From Scenedesmus sp. PABB004 (lineage: Eukaryota), in NCBI GenBank assembly GCA_014905635.1, contig JABVCE010000016.1, positions 620,001 to 684,000 on the forward strand: a stretch of 64,000 nucleotides of DNA, read 5' to 3'. A program made the position numbers and the translations under genes. This document shows, piece by piece, positions 11,231-23,200 of the stretch. Under the pieces are notes generated by a model. It saw only the letters and a list, made by a program, of their open reading frames with translations. It did not search any database and was not told the origin of the DNA. The first letter of the stretch is position 1; every line of letters begins with the position of its first letter.

Positions 11231-14200
11231 GGTGTACGACCGCGACGACGGCTCGTGGACGCACGTGCCGACCGACACCAACCTCGTGTGCGGCGGCTGG
11301 GCGCGGTTCAGCAACGGGCAGGTGGGGCTGTTCGCTGGGCACTACGGCACGCTGCAGGGCAAGCAGGCGGAGGGGTTCAAGGCGGTGTTTGAGTTTGACC
11401 CCACGACCTTCCGGCTCACGCCCAAGGCGAGCCTCAGCCACAAGCGCTGGTACCCGACCACCATCAACCTGCGTGAGGCGCCGCGGCGGCGGCGGCACCC
11501 GGCGGCGGCACCCGGCGGCGCGGCGGCCGCGCGCGCTCGAGAGCCGCTGAGCCGCACTCACGCGCGACGCCCTGCCCGCCCGCCCGCCCGCCCGCCCGGC
11601 AGCCAACGGAGATATCTACGTGCCTGGTGCGGCCGCGCCGCCGGGGGCGGGGCGGCTGGCGCGGGAGGAGGCGCAGGCGGGGGCCGGATGTGCGCGAAGG
11701 CGCCGCACACGCCGCACACGCCGTTCACGCCGCCGCCGCCGCCGCCGCGCGCGCGCGCAGGCGGCACCAAGCCGCAGATGCCCAACGGCGTGTGGCCCAA
11801 GGCGGAGGGCGCGGACGTGTTCAGCCACGCGTCCGGCACCGTGACCAAGGTCCCGACCAACGCCGCGCTGCACGGCGCGGGCCTCGGCAACTGGTACCTG
11901 GGCGCGTTCGTGCTGCCGACGGGGCAGCTGGCGGTCATGAACAGCAACATGATGCAGGTGGGCCCGCGGCGCGCGCGGCGCACGCCGCCGCCGCCGCCGC
12001 CGCCGCCGCCCGGCAGGCCGCCGGCACCGCGCCGCCCGCCGCCGCACGCCGCCGCCGCGCGCGCCGCGGCGCCTCGCAGCGCGCGTGCCGCACATGCGTG
12101 CGCGCGTGCGCGTGTGCGCTGCTGCTCGGCGGCGCGCGCTCTAAACCCCGCGCGCCGTGCGTGAACCCTAAAACCCTAAACCCCGCCGCCAGGTCATCAA
12201 CCCCTACACCAGCGAGGCGCTCGCGGCCGCGCCGGCGCTGCCGGCGGCGGTGAAGGACCTGGTCTGGGAGTTTCCGCGCATGGGCCCCCAGGTGCACCTG
12301 CGCGCGGGCGTGCTCAAGCCGGGGCAGGACGCGCGGTTCGAGTTTGTTGCCTTTGGCGGCGGCTTGGTCGACGCGGAGCTCGCGGCAGACCTGCGCACGC
12401 GCTGCAGCCACGTCGGCTGCAACCGCGCCGAGAGCGAGCTCCGCCCGTGCGCGGATGTGGCGGTGCGCATCGGGCTTAGCGTGAGCGCGGGCGGCGCGCA
12501 CACGTTTGACGCAGCGTGGCGCGTCGAGAAGATGCCGGGGCCGCGCTGCATTTTTGACGGCGTGCTCCTGCCCAACGGCCACGTCGTGCTGCTCGGCGGC
12601 CAGAAGGCGCGGCGCGCCCGCGGCGCCGCCCCGCCCTTGCCGTTGGCGCCGCGGCCGCCCCGCCCCGCCGCGCTGGGCCGCCCCGCCTCAGCGCGCCGCG
12701 CGTCCGCGTCCGTCGCGCGCAGCTCGGCCTGGGGGACCTGACCGACGGGCCCGGCTACAACGGCGGCCACGAGCCCTGGGACGAGGCCTGGATCTACGAC
12801 CCCGCCGCGCCGCCGGGGCGGCGGTTCACCGAAACCGGCGCGCGCACGCGCATCGCGCGCACCTACCACGCGACGAGCATCCTCACGCAGGACGGCGACA
12901 TCTGGGTGGTGCGCGCCGGCGCCGCCGCGCGCCGCATGGTCGCGGGGGCCGGCGCAGCGCGGAGCGGCGCGACGCGCCGGCGCCGCGCGCGCGCGCCGGC
13001 TCAGCGCGCGCGCGCGCCGGCTCAGCGCCGGCCCCCGCGCCGCCGCCGCCCGCGCCGCAGGGCGGCAGCTCCAACGCGGCCTTCTGGCGCAGCAGCCACG
13101 CGGCCGACTTCAGCCGGTCGCCGCTGGGCGTGAACGAGTACAGGCGAGCGCGCGCGGCCGCCGCCGCCGGGGGAGGGCGGCACGCGGGCCGGGGCCGCGT
13201 CCGCAGCCGCCGCGCGCGCGCGCTGCTGTGTGGTCTGCCGCGCCCACTCTGCGATCGGCCGCGCTCACGCGCCGCGCTCACACTAAACCCTGAACCCTGC
13301 CCGCAGGAACGAGGTGTACCACCCGCCCTACCTCTTCTGGCCCGGCCGCCCCCGCATCGCGGCGCCGCCGCCGACGTTTGCGGGCTACGGCGCGACGTTT
13401 GAGCTGGGCTACGCCTTTGACGACGGCCCGGGCGACGTCACGGGCGTCGTCCTGGTCAACGCGGGCGGCGTGACGCACAACTACGCGATCGGTGAGGGGC
13501 GAGGGCGGGCGGGCGGGCCGCGCCGCGCGCGCCCCGCGCACCGCGTACCGCGCACCGCGCACCGCGCACCGCGCACGAGAGGGAGGGGAGGGGAGGGGAG
13601 GGGAGGGAGGTAGGGAGGGAGGGAGGGAGGGAGGGAGGGCCGCGCTGAGTGCGTGCCTGCATTCACGCTGCGTGCTGGGCGCGCGCCCACCCTCCCTCGG
13701 CCGCCCCCCCCCCCTCCAACCCACCCCGCGCGCGCAGGCCACCGCTCGCAGCTGCTGGAGTTCCGCGCCATCAAGTCGGGCCCGTCGAGCGGGACGCTGC
13801 TCGTGACGGCGCCGTCCGCGCCCGAGCTCGCGCCGCCGGCGCACTACATGTTGTTCCTGCTCCGCGGCGACGCCTACTCGGCTGCCGCGTGGCTGCAGCT
13901 CCGCAAGGTGGGGCCGGGGGAGGTGCCCGTGGACATCCCGCAGGCCGCCCGCCTCGTGCCAGAGCTGAGCTCGGGCTTTGAGCCCGGCGGCGCGCCGGGC
14001 TTCCGCCTGGTGCTCGCGCCCGGCCGCGCCGCGGCGGCGCGGCTCGCCGCGCCCGCGGCGCGCGGCACGGGCGCCGCCGGCGCGCGCGTGCTGCTGACCG
14101 GCGGCGCGCCCGCGCCCGGCAGCGCGGCGCTGCAGAGCAGCGCCGCGCCGCTCGCGGGCGGCGCGCGCTGCTGGGTCCAGGCCTGGGCGCGCGCGGGCGG

Positions 14201-14456
14201 CGGCGCGGGCGGCGACGTCGCGCTGACCGCGGCGCTGGTCGCGGCCGCGCCGGCGGGGCCCGCCGGCGGCGCCGCTGCGGCGGCGGCTGTGGTTCAGCAG
14301 CAGGGCATGACCGCGCACGCGGGGCGTTACTGTCTGAACCTCATGGGTCCGGTCGACGTGCCCGCCGCCGGCGTCTACGCCCTGCGGCTGGACGTCGGGG
14401 CCGCGGCGGCGGGCGCGTACGTGGACCTGGATGACGTGGAGGTGTACTGCACGTGA
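10633..14456 (+). CDS. Secreted copper-radical oxidase (AA5, glyoxal/galactose oxidase-like) with an extra C-terminal beta-sandwich-like domain
   Basis: Signal peptide (AAALLLVLVALAASPGRAQ). Motifs NLVCGG, RWYPT..LPNG, NWYLGAFVLPTG, VLLPNGHV, IYDP, RTYHATSILTQDG, EVYHPPYL, GVTH and PPAHYMLFLL. The Cys, Tyr, Tyr-His and His catalytic positions all appear present. Confidence 0.9.
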
Positions 14457-15218
14457 GATGGGCGAGACGGTGTGCAGGCGTGTGTTCTGCACGTGAGATA
14501 TGGCGTTGAGGTTTGATGCACTGCACTTGAGTGCAGGCGCTGCGCTGCACTGAGCTGGCGGCGGAGCTGGCTGGCGCGGCCGAGTGGTGCACCCCCTCAC
14601 TGCGCGCATTAGGTCAGGGAGCACTGCGTCAACTGCCGACGGCGCGGCGTGCGCGGGCGCCCCGTGGCGCCGCCGTTGGCTGGAGCGGGCCGCGCGCGGC
14701 GCGGCGCGGGTTTTTGAGGGGGCCAGTGCCTCGGCGGCGTTGTTTGATTATTTTGCTGCTGCTGCCGGCGGCGCCGCCGGGCGCGCGCTGAGCGAGAGCG
14801 CCGGCGCCTGTGCGCCGCCGCGGTGGCGTCGCTCAGCTGAGATGCTGTCGGCCGGCCGAGCACCGCCAACAAACGCATGGCGTGTCCGTCGTTACTCGGG
14901 CATCGGGAACCGGCGCCGCCGGCTTCCGGTCAACAGCCGGAACATGAATAAGCTTGCCCTCGCACCGCCGCCGCACCCAGCGGGCTCCTGGCCGCAGCCG
15001 CCGCTGCTGCCCCGGCCAGCCCCGCCCCGCCCGCCCGACGCGCGCCCCCGCTCCTGGCCGGCCCGGGCGCCGCCGCCGCCCGCCCGTCGGCGCCCGGTCG
15101 CGGCAGCACGCGCGCGCGCGCCCGGCCGCGGCCACCGCGGCTGCTCCTGCAGCCGCCCCGGCCGCGCCCGCCGCGCGCGTGCGCCCGGGCGCGCCGCTGC
15201 TCGCGCGCCGCTGCTCGC

Positions 15219-15717
15219 TCAGTTGCGCGAGGGCACAAGCTCGCAGCGATCCATCTTGGCGTCGCCGCGCAGGTGCTCCTTGCGGCCGCGGCCCTTGAAC
15301 GCGTAGTGCCGGCTGTACTGGTTGCGCTTCTCGGCCTGGGCCTTGGCGTCGCTGCGCGCGGCGCAGTGGGTGCCAGCGCCGAGGCGGCGGGGCGGGCGTG
15401 AGCCGGCGGCGGAAGGGCGCCCGCGAGAGCGGCGCGCCGCGCGGGCGGCGGCAGGAGGCCGCCGATGCTGCTGCTGCCGCCGCCGCTGCCGCCACCGTCG
15501 CCGCTGGTGCTGCTGCGGTCGCCGCCGAACCCCGCGCGCGCGCCGGCGCCCGGCGGCGGCAGCAGCGCGGCCGGCGGCCGCCGCGCCGCGCCGCGCCCGC
15601 CCCGCACCTGGCCTCGTCAGCGCCCGGCCCGCTGGTCCACCAGACCGCGCCCAGCAGCCCCAGCACCAGCTTCACGGCCAGGCCCACGCCCCCGTCGGGC
15701 AGGGCGGGGAGGGCCAT
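15219..15717 (-). CDS. Small hypothetical protein (about 80 aa) with N-terminal hydrophobic helix and basic C-terminus
   Basis: Exon 1 MALPALPDGGVGLAVKLVLGLLGAVWWTSGPGADEA splices in frame (GT-AG) to SDAKAQAEKRNQYSRHYAFKGRGRKEHLRGDAKMDRCELVPSRN*. Third positions are coding-like. The family was not recognised. Confidence 0.6.
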
Positions 15718-16281
15718 CTACTGCTGCCGCTGCTGCCGCGCCGCGAGCCCGCGCCAGGCCCTGCTCGCGCGGCGACACCGCCCGAGCCAATCGCCGATCG
15801 GGGCGGTCGCTTGCGCGGGCAATGGGACTGCACGCGGGGGTCCAGTCGGCGTGCAGCGCTGCAGAGGCGACGCTTGGATCGTGGGAGGCAGAGATCGATG
15901 CAGGGAGTGCGGTACGGCGACGCCGCCATCAAAGCGCCGCGGCGCGCCGCAGCGGCACTAAAGCGCCGCCCGCTCGGCCGCCGCGGCGCCGAGCACCGCC
16001 GGCATGCGCCGATGTCAGGGACCGCCGCACCAGCTCACGGCACCACCGTCGCTCCGCCTTTTCACGCCTGCCCACGCGCGTGCGCCGCCGGCGCGCCGCA
16101 GCAGCCTCGCGCGCGCGAACCAGCGGCCAGCGCGCCACGCCGCCTCGAGCGACCGCCCGCCGCGCCCCTACAGCTGCGTGGCAGCTCCCAGGCGGCCCCC
16201 ACGCGCGCCGGCCGCAGCGACCCCCCGCGCGGCGGCAGCAGCCCCCCAGCGCCCAGCCAGCTCTCCGCCCCCGCCGGCGCG

Positions 16282-17651
16282 ATGGCGGCGATGGCGGCGC
16301 GCATCACCGACGGCCCCGCGACCTGGAGCGACGCCGAGCTCGCCGCGGGGCGTGCCGCGTACCCGGCCGACCGCGGGTACGAGCTTGCCTTCTCGCCCCA
16401 CAACCCCACGCCCGGTGCGGCGCGCCTCGGGGCCCGCGCCGCGCGGTCTGCCTGCCGCCGAGCTCGAGCGCGCCGCCGCGTCGCACGCCGCCGCGCCGCA
16501 CGCCGCCGCGCCGCCGCGCAGGCACCGGCCGCGTCGGCTTCCTGCCGGTCGCGCCCAACAACTACCCCTTCTATTGGTGCGCCGCCGCGTGCCACGTGGC
16601 CACACGCGCCGCGCGTGCCAAAGCAGCCGCGCTGCTAGCTGTGCGCGCGCGGCGACCGCCGCGCCAGCGCTGGCCAGCGCCGGCCAGCCCCCGGCCGGCG
16701 CCGGGCCACCGCGCGCGCGCGCGCCCGCGCCCCGCCGGCCGCCGGCCGCCGACCGCAGCGAGGGCGCCGAGGTCTACACCCCCCTGGTGCAGGCCGACGG
16801 CGGGCAGCTCTCGGGTGCGCGCCGCCGCGCCAGTTGCCCAGGCTGCGCCGCGGCCGCCGTCCCACCCCCCCCCCCCTCCCCCGCGCGCACCGCCCCACTG
16901 CGCCCGCCGCACCGCTGCGCCCGCCGCACCGCCGCAGAGTGGCAGCCCATGTACCAGCCCAGCCGCGACCAGGCCCAGGCGGACCGCGCCGCCGCGTACG
17001 CGGCCGGCGTGCCGCATGGTGCGCGGCGCGGCGGCGCGGGCAGCGCCCCGCGGCGGCCGCCCTCGCGCGACGCGCGCCGCCGGCGGTGCCGCCGTCCCGC
17101 AGGCTTTGTCGCGCCCGGCGACCGCCTCGCCGGCCTGCCCACCATCGAGCTCACCGTGGTGTCCGAGCTGGTGTGTGCGCGCCGCACGCCCGCCAGCTGG
17201 GCGCCGACCGCCGACCGCCCCCGCGGCGCCGCGCTCGCCCCCGCGCACGAGCTCTGCGCCGCGCCGCGCCGCGCCGCGCCGCAGCACGACGCCAGCGAGT
17301 ACGGCGCACGGGTGGCGAGCGATGGCAGCCACAGCGGGGGGCCGTTCACCGTCCGCGTGAGCCCTGGCATCCGCGTTGAGGAGCTGCGCGCCGTCATCCG
17401 GGACGCCGGCGGCATCCTGCCCGCGCTGCAGCGCCTCGCGTACGCGGGTGCGCGCCAGGAGGCGGCCTCCCCGGGGCGGGCTGCCAGCCAGCGCAGCGCG
17501 CGGGCGCGGGTGCGGGCCACGCTGCCGGCTGGCTCCCCCGGCGCGCGCAGGCAAGCACCTCGACGACGCGCAGCGCACGCTGCAGCAGTACGGCGTGGCC
17601 TACTGGCACGCCAAGTTCCCGCACTGGCCGCTGACCGTGCGCCGCTTCTGA
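16282..17651 (+). CDS. Protein with C-terminal ubiquitin-like domain, about 7 exons
   Basis: The C-terminus FTVRVSPGIRVEELRAVIRDAGGILPALQRLAYAGKHLDDAQRTLQQYGV matches the ubiquitin-fold pattern (QRLxxxGKxLxDxxTLxxYxI). It lacks a terminal GG. Confidence 0.8.
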
Positions 17652-17790
17652 GGCAGCGGGGCTGCGGCGGGAGTTGACCGCGCGCTGGCTACTGCCGCGC
17701 CGCCGACTGCGCAAGGCCCTGTCGCGCGCGCCGCTTGGCGCATGTTGGGCCGGCGGCAGCGTAACAGTGCGCAGCAGCCCGTGCACCGGC

Positions 17791-18873
17791 TCACGGCTCC
17801 GCCAGGCCCAGCGGCGGCAGGCAGCGCACAGCCGCGAGGTCGTCGCGGGTCGCCTTGAGCGCCGCCGGCGGCCAGCTGCGCGCCGGCATGGCCAGCATCG
17901 CCGCCGCGCCGTCCGGCCCGTAGCGCGCCGCCAGCTCCGCGCCCTGCGCGGCCGCAGCCTCCTTGGCCGCGCGCCGGCCGCCGGCGCACGCCGCCTCGCG
18001 CTGCTGCGGCGACACGTAACTGCGGCGGCGCCGCGCCGCGCGGGCGCGCGTCGGCGCGGCCGGCAAGCCCGCGGCGAGCCGGCGCAGCTGCCCGGCCGCG
18101 CGCGCCGGCCCGCGCCGGCACCACTGGGCGGCTCACCGACGCACGCGCGCGACGCGCCGCGCCGTCGCCGCCGCCGCGGCGCCGTCGAGCGCGGCCTGCG
18201 CGCGCCGCCGCTCGGCGCGCGTGAGCTCGGTGCTGTGGTTCCAGCCGGTGGTGGCGTCGCCGCGTGTAAAGGCGTGGTCGCGGTGGAGCGCGTCAAACGC
18301 GGCCCCCGCCGCCGTGCGCGTCGCGCGCAGGTCGCTGGGGACGAGGCTCGCGGCAAGCAGCTGGTTGGCGAGCCGCTCGTCCGAGGCGGCGCGGCCGTAC
18401 TTGGTGTCCGGCACGAAGCTGCTGCCGAGCCACTGCGGCGGCGGCGGCGGTCAGGCGGCCGGCTGAGTCGGCGGCGCGAGCTGACCCACGGTGGAGCTCG
18501 AGCGCGGCAGGCCAGACCCAGCGCTGCCCTCGCCGCTGCGCAGCCCCGTCTCACCTGGGGCCCGCGCACGCCCATGAAGGTGGAGCTGTAGTCCTGCAGC
18601 TCCAGCCGCGCCGCCCTGACCTGGGTGTGTGGCGGCGCCGGGGGCGCGGCTGTCGGTCGCTGCGCGGCGAGCAGCCAGCGCGCTCCGCTGCGGCCCAGCG
18701 CCCCGCGAGCTCGCCTTCTCTAGCACGGGCGTGGTGACGACCTGCTCGCCCCGGCCGAAGTTGAGGCTCGCGCCCGCGCGGCCCACGCCGCCGGCGCCCG
18801 GCGAGCGCAGCCGGCCCGCGCTGCCCTGCTCCGCGCCCTGCTGCCCTGCTGCAGCGCGCGGCGGGCTGGCCAT
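17791..18873 (-). CDS. Hypothetical protein, multi-exon
   Basis: Coding-like segments (DYSSTFMGVRGPQ; FVPDTKYGRAASDERLANQLLAASL...GWNHSTELTRAE; SYVSPQQRE...LPPLGLAEP*) are flanked by GT/AG. The start and exon joins are tentative. Confidence 0.55.
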
Positions 18874-20262
18874 GGCTTCGCGCGTGACGTACAGGGCGGG
18901 TGGGGCTGGCCGGCGCGGCGGCCGCCGGCGAGGGACTGGTCGGCGAGCGCTGCTCACGCGCGGCGGTGCGTGCGTGCGAGCGGGAGGTCGGGGACGGCGT
19001 GAGCGAGCTCTGCGTTACTCAGCGGAGCTTTAAGGGAGCTCGGCGAAGCCTGTCAACGCCGCGCCACAACCGCACCGCAGCCGCGCGACTGCCGCTGCTC
19101 ACGCCGGCGCAGGCTCGCAGCCGCGCCCAGGGCTCGGCGCCGCAACCTCCCCCAGCCACCTGCAGCTCCCGGAGCCGCTCCTGCCAGGCTCCCAGCGCCG
19201 TGGCAGCCCGCTGCAGCCGACTCCAGCCAGCGCGCCACGACCGAGGCCGTCGCCGCCGCCGTGGTCACGGTGGAGGCGCAGCGGGCCGGCCGCGTGCCAC
19301 TCGGCCGCGCACAAGGCCGGCGGCGAGGTCAGTCGAGGGCCTCACCGGCAAGGGCACGGGGCTGGCGCGCGTTCAGGGGTGGGCGCCGGCGCGGGGCCGG
19401 GCGAGCGAAGGCCCGGCCTCGCCCGCTGCTGGTTGCCTGGCACTAGGCAGTGCTGCCAACTTCGCCGAGGCGCGCCGCGCGCTGCACGCGCACGCAAGTA
19501 CGCACGGGGCAGGGCTGATGGAGACACCCTGACCAGCCCCTGGCCGCCGCGTGCACCGCGCCTGCCAGCTGGCAGCGCCGGCGCTGTGATTCATTCATGC
19601 GTCCCACCACAGGCGCTGTCACTTCTGCTGCTTCGCCGGCGCCGGCTGCTGCTCTGCCTTGGCGGGGCGCTTGGCTCGCCGCGCCGCCGCCGCGCTCGCC
19701 GCCGCGGCGGTCGCCGCCGCGCGCGCCTGCTGCTGCGCCTCGCGGCGGCGATCAGCGGCCGCCACGGCGCTCAGGTAGGCCGCGACCAGCGGCATTTCGC
19801 TGGCCGCGGGCGATGCTCGTCGATGCCCTTGGCACCTCACTTTACGCCGGCCGCAGCGTCGCCGCCGATGCCCGCGGCTGCGCGCCGACGCACGCCGGCC
19901 AGCGTTCTGGCGGCCCAGCGGGCGCGTGCGCCGGCGGCGCGCAGCCGCGGCGGCGGCGGGCGGGTGAGAAGCGGCGGGCGCCTCGCTGGCGGAACGTGCT
20001 CGGCGGTGAGGTGGGCTGGCTTGCACTGGTGTGATCGTTGAGTCAATGGTGTGCTGGTCGGGGACTGGAGGGAGCTCACCGTGCCCGCCTGCGGCGGCGC
20101 CGCCCCGCCGAAAAGGGCGCGGTTCGCCGAACGCCCCGCCGCCGCCGCCCGCTCCCTCGGGTTCGCTGCCCGAGCATCGCCCCCGATCCCGCCGTCCCAC
20201 GTGGACGCTCCGTTCGCACCGGCACCGTGTTTCGCGAGCTGTGTCGCTTGGACAGCACCGCC

Positions 20263-23200
20263 ATGCGAACCACCTCCCTGCCCGCCTGCGGCGCGTGCGG
20301 GGGCGCGGCGCTCGGCGCCCGGCGCGCACGTCTGGCGTCCGGTGAGGCGCGGAGCAACCGCCGGCACACCACGGCCCGCCCTTTCGGAGGGGGGCGCGGC
20401 CCAGCGCGCCCGCACGCGCCCACGCGCCGCGCCCGCGCTGCCCGCCTCCAGGCCGGCTCCCGGGTCCGCGCCGCGCGCCGGCGCGCGTGGCGGCGTACCT
20501 GCCGGAGCCGCCGGCGGCAGCAGCGGCGGGCGGCGCGGCGGTTGACGTGGCCGCGGCCTTCAAGCGCCTGCAGAACGGCAGCGACGTCCGCGGCGTGGCG
20601 CTGGCGGGTGCGCCCGTGCGGCGGCGCCCGATCGCGCGCGATCGCCGGCGCCCGCGGTCGTCGCGCGCTGCTGCCGCCGGCGCCCGGCCCGACCGGCGCC
20701 CGGCCCGGCCCGCCGCGCCGCAGTCGGCCCCGACGATGTCGTCACCCTCACGCCCGCGGCGGCGTTCTTCATCGCGGCGGCGTTCGTGGAGTGGCTGCGC
20801 GGCCGGGGCGTGGCGCAGCCCAAGGTGCGCGGGCGCGCCGCCGCCAGCCGCCAGCGCCGGCGCGCGCCCGCGCTGACGCGTCGGCGCCGACGCGCGCGGC
20901 GCGCGCCCCGCAGGTCGCCGTCGGCTGCGACCCGCGCGTGAGCGGGCCGCTGCTCGTGCCGGCGGCGCTCGCCGGCCTCGCCGCCGCCGGCGCGGCCGCC
21001 GTCGACGTGGGCCTCTCCACCACGCCCGCCATGTTCTACGGCCTCGTCGCCCCCGGTGCGCCGCCGCGGCGGCGGCAGCAGCGGCAGCGGCAGCGCCACC
21101 CCCGCGCGCCCGCGCCCACCGCGCCCGCCTGCGCCCGCTGCGCGCACACGCGCAGGCTCCGACGTGACCGGGTCCATCATGCTCACCGCCTCGCACATGC
21201 CCATGCCCAACAACGGCCTGAAGTTCTTCACCGCCGAGGGCGGCCTGTCCAAGCCCGACATCACGGCGCTGCTCGAGGGCGCGGTGGCGCGCTGCGCCGC
21301 GGCGGGCGTGCCGCTCGGCGACCCAATGCTGGTGCGGCGCCGCGCGGCACGCGCTGGGCCGCGGCGCGCGCAGCTCGCCGGCGCGCGGGGGGGGGGGGGG
21401 GGGGGTGGGGTGGGGGCACAACCGCAGCGCCGCGCCGCGCTGCGCCGCGCGCCGCAGGACCCCGGCCACGTGCTACGCGCCGCGGTCGACACGCCGGCGG
21501 CGCCGGCGACGTGGCCGCTGCTGTCGCTGTACGCGGCGCACCTGCGGGAGCAGATCGTGGCCGGCATCCGCCACCCGACACACCCCGACGCGCCGCTCAC
21601 GGGGCTGAAGATTGCGGTGGACGCGGGCAACGGCAGCGGCGGCTTCTTCGCGACGCAGGCGCGCCGCCGCCGCCGCCGCCTTGGTTGCCGCCGCAGCACC
21701 TGCGGCGCGGCGTGCCCGCGGCCCCCTCGCGCGCGCGGCGCCGACGCCCGCCCGCGCGCCCGCCCGCCCGCCCGCAGGTGCTCGCGCCGCTGGGCGCCGA
21801 CGTGAGCGGCAGCCAGTTCCTGGACCCCGACGGCACCTTCCCCAACCACATCCCCAACCCGGAGAACAAGGCCGCCATGGCGGCCGCCGTCGACGCGGTC
21901 AAGCGCTCGGGTGCGACGCGCGGCGCGGCGCGGCATGGCGCGGCGCGGCGGCGGCGTCCCGCGGGCCCGGCGCCCCCGCCGGCGCCCCGGCGCGCCCCTC
22001 CCCGCGCGCGGCCCGCACGCACGCGCCCTCGCCGCCGCCGCCGCCGCCTGCCGCCGCGCCCCGTGCTCCCGCAGGCGCCGACCTGGGGATTGTGTTTGAC
22101 ACCGACGTCGACCGCTCGGCGATCGTGGACGGCGACGGCACGCCGATCAACAGCAACCGCTTCATCGCGCTCATGGCAGCCATCGTGCTGCAGGCGCGGC
22201 CCGGGAGGGGGCGGGTGGGAGGAGGGCGGCGGCTGCTCGGCGGGCGAGCTGCGGCGGCACGCGGCGGGCGAGCTGCGCGGGCGCGCGGCGAGCGCGCGCG
22301 CCGCGGCGCCGCAGGAGCACCCCGGCAGCACGGTCGTGACCGACAGCGTGACCAGCAACGGCCTGACCGCCTTCATCGAGGCACGCGGCGGGAAGCACTT
22401 CAGGCGCGCCACCCGCCGCCGCCGCCGCCGCCGCATCCAGCTCGCCGCTGCCGCCGCCGCTGCACCCCTCGGCCCGCCCGCGCCGCTCGGCCTGCCCCCG
22501 CCGCTCGGCGTCGGCGTCCTCTGCCCGCTCGCCGCGCCCGTGCCCTGGGCCCTGTGCCCCGAGCCCTGGGCCCTGAGCCCTGAACCCTGGGCCCCGCCGC
22601 GCCGCCAGGTTCAAGCGCGGCTACAAGAACGTCATCAGCAAGGGCATGGAGCTCAACGCCCAGGCGCGCGGTGTGGCGCCAAAGAAGGGCGCGCGCTGTG
22701 CCGGCCGGCCGGCCGGCCGCCGCCGCGGCGTGCAGGCGGAGCGGGGCCCGGCGTGGACGCGGCACGAACGCGCCGCCGCCCCGCGCCACGCCGCGCGCAG
22801 GGCGGGGACTGCGAGCTCATGATGGAGACGAGTGGCCACGGCGCGATGCGGTCAAACCGCTACCTCGACGACGGCAGCCACCTCGCGCTCACCGCGGTCG
22901 TCGCGTTCGTGCGCAGCCGGCTCGCCTCGGGCGGTGCGCGGCCGCGCCCCGTGTGCGGTCGCGGCCGCGGCCGCAGCCGCCGCATCGGCCAGCTCGCCGC
23001 CGCCGCCGCCGACGACCGACCCGCCGCCGCGGCGCCGCCCGGCAGGCGAGGGCGGGCTGCGGGAGCTGCTGGCCGACCTGCAGGAGCCCAAGGAGGAGGC
23101 GGAGCACCGCATCAGCATCAAGGCGCGCGGCGCCGCGGGCCGCGGTCCCGGCGCGGCAGGGCCAGCTCGCGGGGGGCCGCCGCCGCCGCCGCCGCCGTCC

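Noticed and set aside
19619..19795. Short minus-strand ORF MPLVAAYLSAVAAADRRREAQQQ…KQQK
   Set aside because: It is low complexity with no recognisable motif or confident upstream exon. It could be real but is unsupported.
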